IMG/VR virus record: IMGVR_UViG_3300011547_000001
Reading direction: 5' to 3' (one strand)
DNA from: an uncultured virus (IMG/VR IMGVR_UViG_3300011547_000001)
Taxonomy: Duplodnaviria; Heunggongvirae; Uroviricota; Caudoviricetes
Length of the DNA stretch: 64,000 nucleotides
Made by a program: the position numbers and the translations under genes. Every line of letters begins with the position of its first letter. Within the stretch, counting starts at the first letter, position 1. The notes below the pieces were generated by a model. The model saw nothing but the letters and a program-made list of their open reading frames with translations, did not search any database and was not told where the DNA came from. This document shows, one piece after another, positions 60,497 to 64,000 of the stretch.

Positions 60497-61393
60497 ATGG
60501 CAACTAACCTGCCGCATCGTACGAACAGTACGCTGATGGGGACTTCGGACGCGTTTGTTCAGGCCATGGACCTGGGCAAGCGTCCGGTGATCAACGGTGA
60601 AGAAGGTGGGATGTACGGCTGGGCCGGTAACATCTTCGAATACCTCAGCGCACAACCGCACGTCTCGCAACAAGCGTTCTGCATCGTGTTGTCCACCCCG
60701 GCCATGTTCTCGCGTCTGCCGGGTGGTCCACGTCTGCACTCGCTCTGCAAGGCGTTCTTCGAAAACCGTTCGCAGTCCTTCGAGGGCCTGCGTGACCAGA
60801 CCGAGATCCAATTCGGCGTGCAGGAATGGACCGGCCACAAGCTGTCCATTCCGACCGGTGCTACCCGTACCCTGGGCCCGGTCACCCACACCGTCTACGA
60901 CGTCGAAGGTGAACCTTTCACCAAGATGTTGAAGGTCTGGTCGCAGTGGGGTCTGATGGACCCGGAAATCCTCAACGCCAAACTGGTGCTGCTGGACGAT
61001 CCGGGCGACATGCTGCTGGACGAGGTCTCCTACTCGGCGATCTACTTCGAGCCTACGCGCAACATGCGCGACATCGCTCACGCCGCGTTGCTGGTTGGTG
61101 GTATGCCGACCAACACCGTACCGATCGAGCTGAAGCGCAACAAGGCCGAAGAAAACCAGATCCGTCAGATCCAGATGGAGTTCACCGGCGTCATCGAGTT
61201 CGACACCTACGCGGTCAAGACCATTGCCCGTCAGATGTTGGCTCTGCTGCCGCTGTACAACCCTGACGCGATTGACGTGGCTCCTGGTTTCGACCAGCGC
61301 ACCGCGATCGTCGAAGGTCTGACCAACTCCGGTACTATCGAGCGTATGACCACTGCCAAAGGCACGGTCGTCGATCCAGAGTACATGGGTTAA
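60497..61393 (+). CDS. Tail tube / major virion protein (phiKZ gp30-like)
   Basis: 298 aa directly after the sheath gene. Confidence 0.75.
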   Translation: MATNLPHRTNSTLMGTSDAFVQAMDLGKRPVINGEEGGMYGWAGNIFEYLSAQPHVSQQAFCIVLSTPAMFSRLPGGPRLHSLCKAFFENRSQSFEGLRDQTEIQFGVQEWTGHKLSIPTGATRTLGPVTHTVYDVEGEPFTKMLKVWSQWGLMDPEILNAKLVLLDDPGDMLLDEVSYSAIYFEPTRNMRDIAHAALLVGGMPTNTVPIELKRNKAEENQIRQIQMEFTGVIEFDTYAVKTIARQMLALLPLYNPDAIDVAPGFDQRTAIVEGLTNSGTIERMTTAKGTVVDPEYMG

Positions 61394-61415
61394 CGGGTCA
61401 AAGCAAAAAGCATAC

Positions 61416-61445
61416 GCCCTCCCCCGCCCTAGGGCGGAGGAGGGC
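61416..61445. terminator. Hairpin between convergent genes
   Basis: gccctcccccgccc-ta-gggcggaggagggc. Confidence 0.7.
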
Positions 61446-61463
61446 TATGTCGCTCTTCAGTTT

Positions 61464-61889
61464 TTACACAGGTTTGTGCACGACAGGGTCGTAAACGAAA
61501 ATGACCCCAAGGATAGAGATCAGTGCATCGTTCTTGTGGTTGACCACTTCATCGAAGATCATGAGGTCTTTAGAATGCGAACGACACTCTTCACCAATCG
61601 GGCAGTAGCTTCTGATGTATTCGAACATCTCATCGTTGGTGTACTGCGGCGGGAACTTACAATCCCAACCAAAGATGTGGTTGGAGATCTCTGGTTCCTT
61701 GATTGTGATATCCCTGACCAGGTTTATGGTACCCCCATAGACACCCAGCCTGTATGTGAACTTAAAGCCATTGACATCCTGTTCAATGGAATAGCGTATA
61801 CCTTTTGATTCCATCGAGCGGACAACAATCAAAAGAGCAGCCGCAGTACAGATAGCCACCGCTACTGCATTTAAGATAGTCTCCGTCAT
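61464..61889 (-). CDS. Hypothetical membrane-anchored protein
   Basis: 141 aa with an N-terminal hydrophobic helix. Confidence 0.65.
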   Translation of the reverse strand: MTETILNAVAVAICTAAALLIVVRSMESKGIRYSIEQDVNGFKFTYRLGVYGGTINLVRDITIKEPEISNHIFGWDCKFPPQYTNDEMFEYIRSYCPIGEECRSHSKDLMIFDEVVNHKNDALISILGVIFVYDPVVHKPV

Positions 61890-61893
61890 GACA

Positions 61894-62637
61894 TCACCTC
61901 TTACCGAATATTCGGTTGTAGTTATCCTTAACCAAGGTGCTGATCAACATACTGTTATCAGCGACCGCCTGGAACTTCGCTACGCTCTCCGGCTTTTCGT
62001 TCAATACGAACGAGGGAATATTGCTCCAGAGTGAACCCTTCTTCCCGTACAGACCAGCAAAGTCACTGGCCAGCTTTTCACACCACTCATCAGGAGAGAC
62101 AGGATCATCACTCGCTAACGCATTCAATCGAACATGCTCAACCACTACCTTGGCAGGATTAGGGAATAGCACGTCCGTCATAAGTCGTACAGTATTGGCC
62201 AGCGTAATGACCTGACTGTCTACAGAAAGCCTTGCCCCAGAGAAGGTCATGCGCCGACAGCACATGTGGATCATTTTGATTTCATCGACATCAAAGAATC
62301 CATCGCCTTCTTCATTGAGGAAGACTAAAGCAAAAGCAGCAGAGGCATCGTGGGGGTGTTGCCCTTGATAAGCTCGACCTGTTTCCATGAGCATTGTTGC
62401 GGCGTACGCTACAGAACGACTGTCTTCACTAATACGATAGAGTTCGCAGAGATCTCTTGTTACGAGGATTGCATTGCGCAACCACAAGTGATCGTAGTCC
62501 TCTGGGTTTTGTTTCATGCGATTAAACAACCGCATGATGAAGTTCAACGGTAGGTAAGAACCCGTGATTGTCAGGATATCCTGAAAGGCGTTAAGATCCT
62601 TGAGATCCTTGGCACGGAAGCGTTTACCGGACATGGC
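61894..62637 (-). CDS. Degenerate HD-domain-like protein
   Basis: YDHLW ... AATMLMETG ... HDASA ... LMTD pattern with HD replaced by ME. ATG at ~62637 after AAGGAG. Confidence 0.5.
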   Translation of the reverse strand, partial: AMSGKRFRAKDLKDLNAFQDILTITGSYLPLNFIMRLFNRMKQNPEDYDHLWLRNAILVTRDLCELYRISEDSRSVAYAATMLMETGRAYQGQHPHDASAAFALVFLNEEGDGFFDVDEIKMIHMCCRRMTFSGARLSVDSQVITLANTVRLMTDVLFPNPAKVVVEHVRLNALASDDPVSPDEWCEKLASDFAGLYGKKGSLWSNIPSFVLNEKPESVAKFQAVADNSMLISTLVKDNYNRIFGKR

Positions 62638-62690
62638 ACTCTCCTTGACAAAATAAAAAGAGTTGGGGGATTCCACATCCCCCGATCTAT

Positions 62691-63201
62691 TTAATCGACA
62701 TCCGTCAGACTCTTGAAGTTATCTTGGTCATCAAACCGCGAAACCATGGTGTTTGGTTTGCAGTCATCACGGAACGTCTCTTCTTGGGTGCCGGCGACTA
62801 CTGTAAGGTAACCTTCTTTCTTGCCAGCACGGTCAGTCANNNNNNNNNNNNNNNNNNNNNNNNNNNNNNNNNNNNNNNNNNNCCGTTGTGAACTTCATGT
62901 TGGTCTGCGTGTAGATCTCGCGGTTCTCCACGCCTTCGGCGCTAGAGTACTTAAACGAGCTGCCCATGTTGTTACCCGCCAGCACAACACGGTGGGAAGG
63001 CGTCTCAAGACTCTTCCCGTACAGAATGGTAAAGATATCAGTGGAAGGGTTTCGACTGACCAGCAACTGCTTACCAGACACGGTCTCACACATCAGCAAC
63101 GTATCTTCCATTTGCAGATGTTGAGGTTTCTTCATATCCGCAACGGCAATCGTTTCAGACAATGCAGCCAGAAAGATCAGTACTACCGAAATCAATTTCA
63201 T
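62691..63201 (-). CDS. Secreted/periplasmic hypothetical protein (N gap inside)
   Basis: Signal peptide MKLISVVLIFLAALSETIAVA. Reading continues after the gap (TDRAGKKEG...LTDVD*). Two Cys visible. Confidence 0.6.
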
Positions 63202-63240
63202 GATAACTCCGAGGGTTGGATTATTAATCTCCCCAAAAAA

Positions 63241-63270
63241 TAATAAGTGAGCGGTTAGGCTCACTTATTA
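63241..63270 (-). terminator. Hairpin with T tract on the minus strand
   Basis: taataagtgagc ... gctcacttatta followed by TTTTTT on minus. Confidence 0.65.
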
Positions 63271-63280
63271 TTCAAGGGTG

Positions 63281-63778
63281 TTACACTTTGTTGTGCATGA
63301 AGTCATCGAGCTGATCCTTGGGAAGGCCCTTGACCATCTCGACGCCGGCGTTCACCATCTTGCGCACGCACTTGACCATGGTGTTGTACATGTTGTCCAG
63401 GTAAGTGCCGATGTTCTCGTTGACGTCCCAGCTGGTTACCACCATATGGAACTGAGCCAGCGTCAACGCGGAACCACCCAGCATCAGGTTCAGCGCTTCA
63501 TGCGAATTGTAGGTCAACATGAAGCGACCCACGCCCGGAGCTTTACGCTCGAACACGATCACGTTACCCAGCACAGTGCCGACGATGATCAGACGACGAC
63601 CGGTAGGGCAGGTGGATTTCACCACTTCACCGATCGACAGTTTCAGACCGTCGACAGCGCCATCGAAGTAACCCGTGCCGTTGGCCCAGGTTGGATCGAA
63701 TGGAACGACTGCGGTGATGTTTTCCAGAGCAAGTTCGAACGCGCGTTGCAGTTCGATGGTAGGGTCAAAGTTTCCCAT
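63281..63778 (-). CDS. Hypothetical early protein
   Basis: 165 aa, AGGAGG RBS, early motif at 63841-63852, WANGTGYFDG. Confidence 0.75.
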   Translation of the reverse strand: MGNFDPTIELQRAFELALENITAVVPFDPTWANGTGYFDGAVDGLKLSIGEVVKSTCPTGRRLIIVGTVLGNVIVFERKAPGVGRFMLTYNSHEALNLMLGGSALTLAQFHMVVTSWDVNENIGTYLDNMYNTMVKCVRKMVNAGVEMVKGLPKDQLDDFMHNKV

Positions 63779-63880
63779 GTGGCCTCCTAAGGCTTAGATT
63801 GATTAAAGTTACTTGACTTTAATAGTCTTACTCACCCTAGTTATATAGACCTCAAAAGAACTGCAACTTAAAAATAGACG

Positions 63881-63919
63881 TATACTCCGTACGGGCCCAA
63901 AAGGCCCGTACGGAGTATA
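63881..63919. terminator. 17-bp hairpin
   Basis: tatactccgtacgggcc-caaaa-ggcccgtacggagtata. Confidence 0.7.
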
Positions 63920-64000
63920 GTTGTTTACACGAGTGTTCTAACCTTGCTGCCGATTACCAGCCTGCTAACGCTTTCGTATTGGACCACGCCTTTTACCGGA

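Noticed and set aside
46962..61393. Possible inversion of the terminase-sheath block relative to phiKZ
   Set aside because: It depends on recalled reference gene orientation that cannot be verified here.
1..64000. tRNA, rRNA, CRISPR arrays, integrase or transposase
   Set aside because: No cloverleaf, repeat-spacer array or recombinase motif was seen by eye. tRNAscan and CRISPR finders were not run.

Overview
This window is a 64 kb segment of a nucleus-forming, phiKZ-like jumbo phage (Chimalliviridae-like), with several N-filled assembly gaps. It carries the core block: chimallin (ChmA), PhuZ tubulin, three catalytic non-virion RNA polymerase subunits plus the probable sigma-like subunit, probable ChmC and PicA/Imp1, one virion RNAP beta-prime subunit, both halves of a split family-B DNA polymerase, an SF2 helicase, SbcD, terminase, tail sheath and tube, an HslV-like protease and an HNH endonuclease. 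Motif-bearing enzymes are called from visible motifs; phiKZ gp-number equivalences rest on recalled synteny, not on searches. Main observations: (1) a candidate programmed -1 frameshift (T TTT TTT at 9617-9623) joining a 572-aa CxxC protein to a downstream ORF with no good start, as in tail-assembly chaperones; (2) an apparent ChmA-nvRNAP beta-prime fusion caused by one base (33806) that both removes the stop and breaks a hairpin; (3) two class-3-type inteins in Walker A motifs, starting with Ala and Met; (4) a structured ncRNA candidate region and an AT-rich, inverted-repeat-flanked origin candidate near phuZ; (5) a repeated early-promoter motif and a family of hairpins lacking U-tracts with conserved flanks.
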